Positions 30,023 to 40,312 are shown, counted from the first letter of the stretch. The stretch is 64,000 bases of DNA from an uncultured archaeon (GCA_964430885.1 CAYSHM010000008.1:1-64000); one strand, 5' to 3'. Program-made: numbers and translations. Notes: generated from the letters alone by a model not told the origin.

Positions 30023-31369
30023 CTATTCTAACTTGTTTATGGTGAGACCAGTATACACCTTGGGATAGAAGAAGGTGGATTTCTGGGGCATTGTCTCATA
30101 GTTGCCCGCCACATCGCCTACCTCCTCGATCCTGGTGGGATTCATGAAAAATACAGCCTGGGATCCCCGATCCACCTGTTTTATGGATTGGTCAACAGCA
30201 TCGCCTATCCCTTTGATGAACTCCACATAGGAACCTCCCTCTATTGTTCCCTGGGCCATCTTCTCCTTGTCGATCCCAAGGTACCTGTCCAGTATAAGAG
30301 AATGCAGTATGGTGACATCCAGCTGTTTCCATTCCTTGCTTCTCTCCTCGGGGATTGTATCCATCACAGCTATGTCATTGAGGGTCATCCCGTAGAAGTT
30401 CCCGTCGTAGGAATATATCCCGAAGCTGTGTTCACTCTTGTTAAAATCTGCATCCATATCCTGGAACATTCTCTTCTTGGCATCTCCGCCCTTTCCGTAG
30501 CGCCTTATTTCAAAATCCGATTCCAGATTTTTAATGAGTTCATCAATATCAAAGCCCTCAATGTTCTGGACCTGACGATGGGTGGGAAGTACCACAAGGC
30601 CGGGATTGGACATGTTAACGAAGGTGAGCATCCTGTATCTTGCACTGTGCATATCGGGATTCTCCTTCATATAGGCCAAGGCAGTCTTGTACCTATGATG
30701 GCCATCTGCGATTATAACATATCTGCTCTTCATATGATCTGCTATGGATCGTATATCATCCGCATCGTCGATTACCCAGAGCTTGTGAACGACCCCTACC
30801 CCGTCGTCAATATCCATTACCGGTGAATCTGACATCCATCTCTCAAGAATGGAATCCACCTTACCCTCACTGTCAGGGTAAATAACGAAGATCTGACCGA
30901 AATTGGCCTTGGTGTTCCTCAGGAGGTTCAACCTGTCCTCAATATCCTTGGGGAGGGTCTCCTCATGCTGGAGCACACCGGCAAAATCCGCATCATCCTC
31001 AGCGTCCGGACTACCGAACTCCTCGAGTTCTATCAGACCCACGAAACCCCATCTTATGTGATGCTGACCGTGTATATCGAACTCCTGGGCATAAACATAC
31101 AGGGCCTCTTTGGATTCCTGTTTCAGAACACCTTTCCCAACCCACTCCTCAAGAAAATCCCTGGCCCGCGTATAAACGTTCACACTAAAACCGTCGGTCT
31201 CCTTTTTATCTCCCTTTATAATATGGGATATGTTATAGGGTGAGCGGTTGTGAAATAGATCCACCAATTCTCCCTTTATCACATCATAGGGCGGTGAGAC
31301 AACATTCTCAAAATCTGTTATGATTTCCTTATTGTATCTGTATCCTTTGAAGGGGGCAATCGTTACCAT
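30023..31369 (-). CDS. DUF1015 family protein
   Basis: SPPYDVI, QHEET, IADGHHRY, LPTHR, MPQKSTFFYPK. Confidence 0.92.
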   Translation of the reverse strand: MVTIAPFKGYRYNKEIITDFENVVSPPYDVIKGELVDLFHNRSPYNISHIIKGDKKETDGFSVNVYTRARDFLEEWVGKGVLKQESKEALYVYAQEFDIHGQHHIRWGFVGLIELEEFGSPDAEDDADFAGVLQHEETLPKDIEDRLNLLRNTKANFGQIFVIYPDSEGKVDSILERWMSDSPVMDIDDGVGVVHKLWVIDDADDIRSIADHMKSRYVIIADGHHRYKTALAYMKENPDMHSARYRMLTFVNMSNPGLVVLPTHRQVQNIEGFDIDELIKNLESDFEIRRYGKGGDAKKRMFQDMDADFNKSEHSFGIYSYDGNFYGMTLNDIAVMDTIPEERSKEWKQLDVTILHSLILDRYLGIDKEKMAQGTIEGGSYVEFIKGIGDAVDQSIKQVDRGSQAVFFMNPTRIEEVGDVAGNYETMPQKSTFFYPKVYTGLTINKLE

Positions 31370-31564
31370 CAGTTCGGGTAATTATGGTACTCCATTTAAA
31401 AATTTCTGTGATGTTATACCTTAGTCTATTACATTAGCCTTCAATGCCCCTGTTCAAGAATTTATAACATCCTAAACGGGATGACAAAAAGGGTTAATCG
31501 GGCGGAAATTCCATTTGATGAAAAAACCGTACCTAGCAAACAGTTCAGGCAGTTCAGTGACTAG

Positions 31565-32773
31565 CTAGAGAATGAGAACGCCTACCAGAAAACAAGCGGC
31601 CAAAGCGGAGAATGCTGGGATGGCCAGTCTCCTCATTGCATCCTTATAGCTCACCTTGAAATACTCCAATGAGACCGCCAGGCAGGGATGTACCGGGGAT
31701 ATCACATAGCCTACAAAGACCGCCAGATACATGAGCATGAAGGCATTAAGGTTCATTGAATGGAACTTCTCCATGTAGATGGGATATATTATGAAGATAG
31801 GTGCTGAAACCCTGCCCATGGCCAGACCGAATACCACGCCAACACCTACAAGAAGAAATACCCTTGACAGAGGAAGACCGGTGATTGCATCGTCGGCCGT
31901 GGAGGCCTTGAAAACGTTCAGGAAGAGGAACATACCGAATATGATGAGTGCATAGTTCCAGGGTTTCATCTTCAAAGCTACCCTGCCGAAAACAGAACTT
32001 TTCATTTTGATAAAAAAGACCGCATAACACAGACTGAATATGACCCCTGCAAATAATGCAGCTTCACTGAATCCGTTATAGGTCAAACCGATCTTCTTTT
32101 GTAATTGTGTCAGTAAAATGTGCAGTACGGGGGCCCCTAGAACTATATAAAGGGGAACAAGCAGGCCCATGAGCCTGAATTTTTCCTTGTACTGTATCTC
32201 TCCGTGGATCTTCCTCAGAATAAAAATGTACCCGAGAACGCAAAGCAGAAAGAAACCGGGTACTGAAAAAAGAACCGCCTTGTAGAGATTTATCTCGGCC
32301 ATCTTTGTGACTGTCAGAAGCGTACCCAATGGATAGATGTAGATGAAGATATGTCGATACCAGACGTTGGCGGCCACCTTGATGTCTGAGGGCACATCCC
32401 TGCCGCCTCTGTCGATAAGCGGTGCCGAGAGCAGAGCGCCTCCCGGCATGGGAAGAAGGCCTATAAGGGCAGGAGCGAATCCCATGAACATCCTCTTTTT
32501 CATCCGGAGGTTATTGAGGAGATCGTCCATAAGCCCTGCATGCTCCATTACCCCTCCGATAACAGGTATCACACCCACCGCTAGAGAAAGGAACACTATG
32601 GAAAGGTCCGTTGAGGTATCATATAAGACCTCGAAGAATCCTTTGATCCCAGGACTGAAAATACAAAGGAAAAACGCGGCGCTGAACATGGCCAACCAGA
32701 GGCTTTTCCTTGCGATAAAGAGAAGGATTATCAATGCCAAGGGAAAGACCACGTACATCTGATCGAATTCCAT
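31565..32773 (-). CDS. DUF401 family membrane protein (ion transporter superfamily)
   Basis: PALIGLLPMPGGALLSAP, NVWYRH, SPVHPCL. Confidence 0.88.
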   Translation of the reverse strand: MEFDQMYVVFPLALIILLFIARKSLWLAMFSAAFFLCIFSPGIKGFFEVLYDTSTDLSIVFLSLAVGVIPVIGGVMEHAGLMDDLLNNLRMKKRMFMGFAPALIGLLPMPGGALLSAPLIDRGGRDVPSDIKVAANVWYRHIFIYIYPLGTLLTVTKMAEINLYKAVLFSVPGFFLLCVLGYIFILRKIHGEIQYKEKFRLMGLLVPLYIVLGAPVLHILLTQLQKKIGLTYNGFSEAALFAGVIFSLCYAVFFIKMKSSVFGRVALKMKPWNYALIIFGMFLFLNVFKASTADDAITGLPLSRVFLLVGVGVVFGLAMGRVSAPIFIIYPIYMEKFHSMNLNAFMLMYLAVFVGYVISPVHPCLAVSLEYFKVSYKDAMRRLAIPAFSALAACFLVGVLIL

Positions 32774-32866
32774 CCTGTGGTTAAACGTTTGATTGGATAA
32801 TAAGCTTTGTGCCGGGGTTGGACGGTTTTATAGGTTCATCAGCAAACAAAATTTTAGGCCCTTTTA

Positions 32867-33292
32867 TCAATCCAGATATAAGCCCATGAGTCCAGTCTCC
32901 TCCTCCAAACGCCTTGCCAGATCTATTTGGGATTCCAGTATCACTATCTCATTGGTAACTACAACCGTACCTTTTAAAAGATGACCGCCTAGGCATCCCT
33001 TGTTTGAATCACCCAGGACCGCGTGGAGATGGAAAAGATAATCACCGTTCTGCCGGATGATGTTCCCGGAAAGGCTCAAAAGCTCGTGGGGGGAACTGAA
33101 GTGAGTGGGTGAATAATCCCCCTTTTCCCTGAAGTAACCAAGAGCAAATTCTTTCAGCTGTCCGATGCCTGAGATAACTATTCCAGTTTTCAGTTCGTGC
33201 TCTCTACAGGCATTCTCCAGACCCTTGAAAATATCGGCACCGGACATCAGTCTAATGAACAACTGCCCGTCCTTCTTCTTCGACATATACAT
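32867..33292 (-). CDS. PPC/DUF296 domain protein
   Basis: SGIGQL, ELLSLSGNI, HLHAVLG, GGHL. Confidence 0.9.
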   Translation of the reverse strand: MYMSKKKDGQLFIRLMSGADIFKGLENACREHELKTGIVISGIGQLKEFALGYFREKGDYSPTHFSSPHELLSLSGNIIRQNGDYLFHLHAVLGDSNKGCLGGHLLKGTVVVTNEIVILESQIDLARRLEEETGLMGLYLD

Positions 33293-33368
33293 ATTGTCCC
33301 CTCGCTATCATTGTTATTATCTGCATAAGAAAAGGTTTACGTCTCCCGATAACATCTAATACCGTAAT

Positions 33369-34112
33369 TCAGAGATAGGTCATGAACCAATCGAGTGAAA
33401 GGTCAATCAGCCTGGATCTGTGCTCCCACCTGCTGTAGCTGTGGTCCGCTCCATCGATTATCACCAGTTTGGAATTCGAGCCCAATTGTTCATTTATGAC
33501 CCTGGCATGATCCACCGGAACCAAGGGATCGGCACCCCCGTGAACAAGGAGAACCGGACACTCGATCCGATTCAGGTTTGAACAAAGCTTCTGATCGTAT
33601 ACTACCGCATCGGTCACGAACTCATTGCTTATGTGATATTCGTCAATAATAATCCGACCCGAACTGTCTCGGATACTCTCCAAGAGCTCTGCCATGGTAA
33701 AGGGTGACGATACCGACACCAGACTGGAGATTTCTCCGCAAGATGCTTTCAACAGGGAAACAAATCCGCCCAGGCTGGACCCGAAAAGGCCTATCTCTTC
33801 CATACCAAGATCATCCCTGGCGAATTCAATGACCCGCTCCAGGTCCCTGTATCTCCTGGAGGAAAGCGAATCCTTCAGTTCCCCGGAACTACTGCCGCAC
33901 CCCCTGAAATCGAAACGCAGTACGTTCAATCCCTGGACCGCCGCTTTCTCTGCCAGATCGACTGCCTTCTGACTGTTCATGTCCGATAGCATCCCGTGGC
34001 ATGTGATAATACATTTCTTCGAGCCGGTAGACCCATCCTGACTTGGATGGAAGCAGGAAGCTATACTGTCCGCACCTATGTTGATGTAAATATTCTCAAC
34101 CATGATCAGCAC
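33369..34112 (-). CDS. Alpha/beta hydrolase
   Basis: CHGM, RFDFRGCGSS, GSSLGG nucleophile motif, HGGADPLVP, GADH. Confidence 0.9.
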   Translation of the reverse strand: MLIMVENIYINIGADSIASCFHPSQDGSTGSKKCIITCHGMLSDMNSQKAVDLAEKAAVQGLNVLRFDFRGCGSSSGELKDSLSSRRYRDLERVIEFARDDLGMEEIGLFGSSLGGFVSLLKASCGEISSLVSVSSPFTMAELLESIRDSSGRIIIDEYHISNEFVTDAVVYDQKLCSNLNRIECPVLLVHGGADPLVPVDHARVINEQLGSNSKLVIIDGADHSYSRWEHRSRLIDLSLDWFMTYL

Positions 34113-34130
34113 CTCGGATAATACTCGTTC

Positions 34131-34529
34131 TCATTCTTTCTTTTCCGGATCACGATCCCTTCTTGAAAAGGTGTTCACATACAGTCCGCCTCTGGGGCTC
34201 CACCGGATATCCACCGTGATCCATTCCGCCTGACAGGCATCGAAAAGTACTTGTGCTATCTCCTCGGTTATGTATTCCTGCCAGTTCCGCATATTCCTCC
34301 AGGAGGAAAGATAGTCTCTCACCGATTTGCCTTCAAGTATACTTCCGTCAGGTTTGTAGTTAATTGACAGGTTCCCCTGGTCGTGTCTCCCCGATAGGGG
34401 GCAAAGGGATTGAAATTCCTGAAATATGATCTCAACTTCCGGTGTATGGCCCTTTGAGGGAATAACCACCAGTCCTTCTGTGTCCGGAGTAAATGTCTCC
34501 GCTTCCGCTGCCTTGGAATAGTCAGTCAT
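34131..34529 (-). CDS. queF: QueF family T-fold protein (preQ0 reductase or QueF-like), divergent
   Basis: EFQSLCPLSGRHD (catalytic Cys/Asp positions), EGKSVRDYL in place of ESKSLKLY, WQE, PRGG. 132 aa, unimodular type. Confidence 0.78.
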   Translation of the reverse strand: MTDYSKAAEAETFTPDTEGLVVIPSKGHTPEVEIIFQEFQSLCPLSGRHDQGNLSINYKPDGSILEGKSVRDYLSSWRNMRNWQEYITEEIAQVLFDACQAEWITVDIRWSPRGGLYVNTFSRRDRDPEKKE

Positions 34530-34582
34530 GAAAATCTTCTCCTACAATAATGGAATTATCCATACAATGATCTATATTTTTT

Positions 34583-35503
34583 CTAGGCCCAGTAGGGGTC
34601 CATCATATCCTCGAAAGCAGTCAATGACGCTACTGCCCCTTCGCTGCTGGCTATTAGAGCCTGCTTCACACCGCCAGTGATATCTCCTGCAGCGTAGATA
34701 CCCGGAATATTGGTGCGCTGACTCCGGTCAGTCTCGATGAAACCCTTGGCATCCACCTTGACCCCCAGTCCCTTAGCGAGCTCGGAATTGGGAAGCACAC
34801 CTATGGTCACAAAGACCCCGTCAATAGCCATTTCCCGGTTCTCCCGAGTCTTGACATTCTGGAGGACCACTGCTTCCACTGAATCCCCGCCCTTTATCTC
34901 CTTGACCACGGTATCCCAGATTATATCCACGCCTCTCTCCATCAGGGCTTCCTGGAGCGAGCGCTCGGCTCTGAGCTGGTCCCTTCTGTGAACAACATGC
35001 ACCTCGGCTCCCAGATCATGAAGGTGCAGGGCATCCAGGACTGCAGCGTTGCCACCTCCCACTATCACAGCGCTTCGGCCTCTGTAAAAGAAACCGTCGC
35101 AGGTAGCACAGTAGGACACTCCGGTTCCTGTGAAATCAGATTCACCCTTGACACAGAGCTGGGCATGCCGAGCGCCCATGGCAAGAATTACGGCCCGGGA
35201 CAGATATTCCTCCTTTACGGTCACCACCTTGAAACCCTTTTCGATCGATTCTATACTCCTCACTTCCTCAAGTTCCCGGATGTCGGAATATTCCTCGGCA
35301 TGGGCCTTGAACTTCTCCGAGAGCTCCATACCCGTCAAGGTTGAAAACCCAACGAAGTTTGCCACGTGGGACGCAGTTGCAATGAGACCGCCACATATAC
35401 CCTTTTCCAGAACCAAAGTATCCAATCCGTTTCTGGAAGAATAGATCGAAGCTGAAAGACCTGCTGGCCCTCCGCCTATGATTATCATGTCCTTCTCAAT
35501 CAA
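34583..35503 (-). CDS. trxB: Thioredoxin-disulfide reductase
   Basis: GGGPAG, GVSYCATCDG, GGGNAA, HRRDQLRA, AAGDITG. Confidence 0.95.
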   Translation of the reverse strand: MIEKDMIIIGGGPAGLSASIYSSRNGLDTLVLEKGICGGLIATASHVANFVGFSTLTGMELSEKFKAHAEEYSDIRELEEVRSIESIEKGFKVVTVKEEYLSRAVILAMGARHAQLCVKGESDFTGTGVSYCATCDGFFYRGRSAVIVGGGNAAVLDALHLHDLGAEVHVVHRRDQLRAERSLQEALMERGVDIIWDTVVKEIKGGDSVEAVVLQNVKTRENREMAIDGVFVTIGVLPNSELAKGLGVKVDAKGFIETDRSQRTNIPGIYAAGDITGGVKQALIASSEGAVASLTAFEDMMDPYWA

Positions 35504-35737
35504 GATATCCCGTCCACTTAAGTAAATCCCAATCTGGTATGTACACTTATTCTACTGGATGTTTTCATACCTGAGCCCGATTTTTTTATATTAAATTTCT
35601 CATAGCGACATATTTATAATGACAATATAACAGTTAATTGGAATAGTTCCGTTTGGAGGCGGTATGCTGGGCATAATATATTTCCGAATTTTGCCCTGAA
35701 AGCATTCCCTTTCCAGTAGAACTATGAATATGAACAG

Positions 35738-36382
35738 GTGGACCAGATGATCGATATAGAAGAACTTGTAAAAAAGGTCAAGGAACTGCATAGTAAAGGA
35801 TATAATCACAAGGAGATCTCTAGCGATCTTCATCTTGCCATTGATACTGTTACATGGCTGTTGAGCGGTGCTCCCAGCAAGGAAACCCCTCCCTCCGATG
35901 TCAAGATCGGCTGGACATCCATAGGAGTCTTCGGGACAAGGATCAAATATACGGCCCATATCTTAGCTAACATTATCAAGGAAGAACTGTCCGACGAGAA
36001 CCAATACGATACCATCATGGGTATAACTATCAACGGTGTTCCCTATGCTACTTTCCTCTCTGATCTACTGGGCAAGGAACTAGCGGTCTACAAACCCGAA
36101 CCTCAACCCATTAAGGGAGGTCATTTAAGCTCCAATTACTCAGGAATGAAAGGCAAGAAGGTCATTATCGTGGACGATGTCCTGTCTACCGGGAATAGCC
36201 TCAGAGGAGCAGTGACAGAGATCAAGAAACAGGGCGGAGAAGCAGTAATGTGCTGTGTTCTGGTCAATAAAACTCAGAACGATGATGTTTACGGAGTGCC
36301 ACTGAGGGCCCTGATAAGGACTGAATCCATAAGCGGAACTGTCCTGGGCGGCGGACCTCTTCACTCATTCCCATACGCCTGA
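35738..36382 (+). CDS. gfcR: Orotate phosphoribosyltransferase-like HTH protein (GfcR/PyrE-like regulator)
   Basis: N-terminal HTH (EISSDLHLAIDTVTWLL), PSDVKIGWTSIG, LSSNYS, IVDDVLSTG PRPP motif. Confidence 0.88.
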   Translation: MDQMIDIEELVKKVKELHSKGYNHKEISSDLHLAIDTVTWLLSGAPSKETPPSDVKIGWTSIGVFGTRIKYTAHILANIIKEELSDENQYDTIMGITINGVPYATFLSDLLGKELAVYKPEPQPIKGGHLSSNYSGMKGKKVIIVDDVLSTGNSLRGAVTEIKKQGGEAVMCCVLVNKTQNDDVYGVPLRALIRTESISGTVLGGGPLHSFPYA

Positions 36383-36405
36383 ACTTCTCTCGGGCAGAAT
36401 AAGGA

Positions 36406-36906
36406 TCAATAGCAGGTATTCTTAATAAGACCAATGCATTTTCCGCATGGCTCAGTACCCTTTCGGTCGGTATCATCTAGGCAGTTGGAGAAGAACATCA
36501 CGCAGTCAGGATCCCTACAGTGCGAAAGACCGAAGGTGTGACCTAATTCGTGGTTAGCCTCCTTCAGAGCCCTTTTCAGAAAAACATATGAAGTACAGTT
36601 CTCCTTCAGTCGGGTCAAGGATATCAGAGCCACTCTGCCCCCTTTCCGGGCCAGACCGAAAACAAAATTAAGCTCGGGAACAAACAGGTCCCGGTCCACA
36701 ACTCCCAATACTTTCTTTCCCTGGTAAATTGATATCAAATCCAATATAGGTTTAGCATCATATTGCGCTCTTCGGGGATCGAAGGATGTATCGGGGAAGG
36801 TAATTTTACTGCGGAGGCAGATGGGCATACTGCGGAAAAAAAGATTATCCCTGATATATTCAATAGCACTCTTAGAACAATCACCTATCGGTATTAGGGT
36901 TATCAT
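36406..36906 (-). CDS. amzA: Archaemetzincin Zn-metalloprotease
   Basis: RAQYDA, LNFVFGLA, HELGHTFGLSHC, CVMFFS, CGKC. Confidence 0.93.
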   Translation of the reverse strand: MITLIPIGDCSKSAIEYIRDNLFFRSMPICLRSKITFPDTSFDPRRAQYDAKPILDLISIYQGKKVLGVVDRDLFVPELNFVFGLARKGGRVALISLTRLKENCTSYVFLKRALKEANHELGHTFGLSHCRDPDCVMFFSNCLDDTDRKGTEPCGKCIGLIKNTCY

Positions 36907-36911
36907 GGATT

Positions 36912-37781
36912 TCAGTTATCCTCACTTATTCTGGGCAGAAGCGAGACTATCTTGTCCCATGTGGTTGCATCCTCCACAATATCCGGTTCCCAGAGGTTGC
37001 CCTCGCTCTCAACCTTGACAATGGAATAACCTATGAAATAATTATAGGAATTATCGCCGGGATTTGCCCAGATCAGCATTACTGCTGTAACGTCCCCCTT
37101 GACCCGCTCACTAGAGCTCACGCCTACTGTGGCCTTTGCAGCATACCTGTAATATTCCACACTCTGACCGTCTATCTCATATTCATAGGTCTTGATCTCC
37201 CTGAGCTCCAGGGTGCGGAAGTTCCTGAATGACATCATCTCGTCCAATCTGTCCTTTGCGTATTTGTAGCACATTGAACTGGGGGTATCGTCCAGGGTTT
37301 TAATGCAGCCTAAATGGAATTGACCGAAGAAAGGAGGTTCTCGTGAATTCTGGTCAAGCCTATTGGTGTAGGTTGTCTCCTCTTGCCGGATTGGAATTAT
37401 CTTGCTCCTGTAGATGGTCCGATCCTTCTCAAAGGCCTTCTCGCGGTAGAAACGGACGTCCACGGGCTGGAACATATAACCTGAACCTATGGTATTGGGT
37501 TCTCCGGGATAATAATAATCAAGCTGGTCCTCGGGTACATCCGATAGTGAGGTCTGTCCAACCCCGTAATACAGAAAGGCGATATATGTGGTAGTGGCTA
37601 TTATGATGGCAACAAGCACCACCAATACTATCCGGTAAAGGGACTTTGATTTTTTCTTTTTTTTGGCTCCCGTTTTTTTTTCCCCGGCCTTGTTCTCCCC
37701 TTTTTCTTCTTCCACCTCCGGTACTACCTCGAGGGCGGGAGTATTTTCTTCCGATTTATCTTCCCGGGGATCAAAGGCCAT
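36912..37781 (-). CDS. Hypothetical single-pass membrane protein
   Basis: Acidic then Lys-rich N-terminal tail, one TM helix, soluble domain. AGGTG SD. Confidence 0.7.
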   Translation of the reverse strand: MAFDPREDKSEENTPALEVVPEVEEEKGENKAGEKKTGAKKKKKSKSLYRIVLVVLVAIIIATTTYIAFLYYGVGQTSLSDVPEDQLDYYYPGEPNTIGSGYMFQPVDVRFYREKAFEKDRTIYRSKIIPIRQEETTYTNRLDQNSREPPFFGQFHLGCIKTLDDTPSSMCYKYAKDRLDEMMSFRNFRTLELREIKTYEYEIDGQSVEYYRYAAKATVGVSSSERVKGDVTAVMLIWANPGDNSYNYFIGYSIVKVESEGNLWEPDIVEDATTWDKIVSLLPRISEDN

Positions 37782-38053
37782 GAATTTACACCTGCGGAAT
37801 TCTGAATACTGGTAATCTGTAATCCTGGATATATGAAACTTACGTGATTATATATCTATCTGCATATTTGTACTCGATGTTTTGGTAAGGATCATAAAAT
37901 GCGAATCGATCGGAAATACGGGCACATCCGTCTTATTGAACATACTTGGATTAATCATAAAAAGAATAATATATGCATGATACCATAACTTTTCAGCCTC
38001 TATACCCTTTTACAAGAAGGCAATCCAGAGAAAAACCAGGGATCGGGATCATT

Positions 38054-38770
38054 ATGCCGGGAGAACAGAACAAGTATGACACTTCAATAACCAGCTTCAC
38101 TCCTGACGGCAGGGTGCTTCAGGTGGAATACGCTAGAAAGGCAGTGGGCAGAGGCGCGCTCTCATTTGCCATGAAATACCGGAATGGTATTCTGCTAATG
38201 GCTGACCATCAATCCCGCTCAAGACTCATCGAGGAATCCTTCAGGGAAAAGATCACAAAGATCAATGAAAGATGCTGGGGAGTATCTTCCGGACTGGTGG
38301 CCGACTCGCGCATTCTGATCAACTATGCCAGAAGAATGTCCGTCTATAACAAGGTAAAATATGACGAACCCATCGATATCAGGATGATGGTATCTAGAAT
38401 ATGCAATATCAAGAGGGCCATGACCCAGTACGGGGGTTCCCGGCCCTTCGGCGTATCAATGCTTTTCTGCGGCATTCAGGACAATGAGAGGTTCATTTTC
38501 AAAACTGATCCCAGCGGTGCATTTTCCGAATACAACATAACCGCCATCGGCCATGGTTCCGAAGGTGTTAAGGAAGCCTATAACGATCTCCATGATGATT
38601 TCACGGATAATTATTCCCTTGAGGAATCCTTCAAATACATCCTGGAGATATTGAAACGTTCCAAAGAGGATTTCATTCCGGATAATCTGGAGATCTGCGT
38701 TATTGACAAAAAGGAGCAGAGCAATTACGATTACGGGGATTTTCTCAAAAAGTTCAGCATTGAATTGTGA
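38054..38770 (+). CDS. psmA: Proteasome subunit alpha (divergent)
   Basis: YDTSITSFTPDGRVLQVEYA, SGLVADSR, TQYGGSRPFGVS, TDPSG, AIG. Start reassigned to 38054. Confidence 0.9.
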   Translation: MPGEQNKYDTSITSFTPDGRVLQVEYARKAVGRGALSFAMKYRNGILLMADHQSRSRLIEESFREKITKINERCWGVSSGLVADSRILINYARRMSVYNKVKYDEPIDIRMMVSRICNIKRAMTQYGGSRPFGVSMLFCGIQDNERFIFKTDPSGAFSEYNITAIGHGSEGVKEAYNDLHDDFTDNYSLEESFKYILEILKRSKEDFIPDNLEICVIDKKEQSNYDYGDFLKKFSIEL

Positions 38771-38892
38771 TAATTTATCAATTATGAATATGAACGGATT
38801 CTCTGGAGCACCAGACCTTTTTCAGCAGAAAGATACCAAGGGGAAGGATTGATGCCTGCAGATATCGGATTGTACATTATCAGGTCGATCAT

Positions 38893-39234
38893 ATGGATAA
38901 ATCAAAACCGGAGATCATTACAATAGAGAAACTCAACCACATCATTTCTTCTCACCCCTCGGGCACCTGTATTGCGGTCAGAGTAACCCCTGGATCATCT
39001 GAAAATGGAATATCCGGAATTGATCAATGGAGGAAATCGCTTAAGATAAAACTGGTACAGCCAGCGGTCAAGGGAAAGGCCAACAGAGGTTTGATAGAAT
39101 ATCTGGGGACCATTTTCGGCAGAGATCATTCCATAGAGCTCATTCACGGCCAAACATCAAGGGATAAGAGAGTTCTTATCAAGGGTCTGGTAAAGGACGC
39201 CTGCCTGGACTTGCTTGCTGATAAGATTTCATGA
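38893..39234 (+). CDS. DUF167/YggU family protein
   Basis: VRVTPGS, PAVKGKAN, GQTSRDK. Confidence 0.88.
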   Translation: MDKSKPEIITIEKLNHIISSHPSGTCIAVRVTPGSSENGISGIDQWRKSLKIKLVQPAVKGKANRGLIEYLGTIFGRDHSIELIHGQTSRDKRVLIKGLVKDACLDLLADKIS

Positions 39235-39277
39235 TTTCCATTAACCAAAATTACCCATTACAAGGAGTGCAGCTTGC

Positions 39278-39667
39278 ATGAAGGGAAAGGAGATACTTGA
39301 GGACCTTGAAAGGATCTTGGCTGGACTTTTGGAGAGAAACATAGGGACACCCGTTGTGGTAGAGGGAAAACACGATGTGGATTCCCTTAGGAATCTGGGA
39401 TTGAAAGGTGAGATAATCTCCTATAACAGGGGCAAGGGATTGGTGGAGTTCAGCGAATGGCTGAAGGAAAAATACGATTCTGTAATATTGCTTACCGATT
39501 GGGACACCAGGGGTGTTCAGCTCATGAAGGGTTTAAGAGAACAGCTTACTGCCCTAGATATCACGGTGCAAGACGATATCTGGATAGAATTACTGAAACT
39601 CGTAACAAAAGAGATAAGATGCGTAGAGGATTTGGATAATCTGATTTTCAGATTAAGAGAAGAATAG
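39278..39667 (+). CDS. Small Toprim-domain protein
   Basis: VVVEGKHD...LLTDWDTRG...VEDL. Confidence 0.9.
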   Translation: MKGKEILEDLERILAGLLERNIGTPVVVEGKHDVDSLRNLGLKGEIISYNRGKGLVEFSEWLKEKYDSVILLTDWDTRGVQLMKGLREQLTALDITVQDDIWIELLKLVTKEIRCVEDLDNLIFRLREE

Positions 39668-39750
39668 AATGTTCAAGAAAAAAAACAATCCCGGATTCGA
39701 ATCTCCTTATCCATACCCGGGAACATATTATGGAAAAATTTTCGATTGTT

Positions 39751-40149
39751 CTATATCAGATATGCAGTCAGGACAATCGCCATAGCAAGTACAAGACCGA
39801 ACTTTAGAACTGAATCCTTTGTGTTCATTATACCGAACAGAAGTGCGATGGCAGTCAGCAGTCCGCCTATGTTGATTATAAGACGGCCTACAAAACTCAT
39901 TGCTTTAAATGCATCTGCATCGGTGATAAAGGAGGTATTTATGTTCATGAGCAATCCCCCGATGAACATGATGCCAAAACCGATTACTGCAAAAATTATG
40001 GTTTTTTTCATTTTTTTCTCGGTCTTATGCCTGAAGAAATTATCATATTTGTATTGTTTTCCTTCTGATTGAACTGGTACTTCTCTTTCCGGATATCCGC
40101 TAGGAAGTCTTTTTTGAGATCCGTATGGCGGTGGTGGGTATTGTGTCAT
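39751..40149 (-). CDS. Hypothetical small membrane protein
   Basis: GAGGTGA SD before MTQYPPPPY; three hydrophobic helices. Confidence 0.7.
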   Translation of the reverse strand: MTQYPPPPYGSQKRLPSGYPEREVPVQSEGKQYKYDNFFRHKTEKKMKKTIIFAVIGFGIMFIGGLLMNINTSFITDADAFKAMSFVGRLIINIGGLLTAIALLFGIMNTKDSVLKFGLVLAMAIVLTAYLI

Positions 40150-40312
40150 ATGTATCACCTCATGTTTTAGCAAGCGTCAATAAATTTACCTATTTATATA
40201 TTATTCGGTCTAATATTAGGCTGGTTAATATTCAATATGTGCACATCATACGCCAAAACTCCATTGGCGGGATCAAGAAAAATGATTCAATAACAACTTA
40301 TTAGGACATTTC

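Noticed and set aside
34530-34582. Possible preQ1 riboswitch upstream of queF (also checked upstream of queA)
   Set aside because: The spacers are short and lack the P1 stem plus A-rich tail arrangement.
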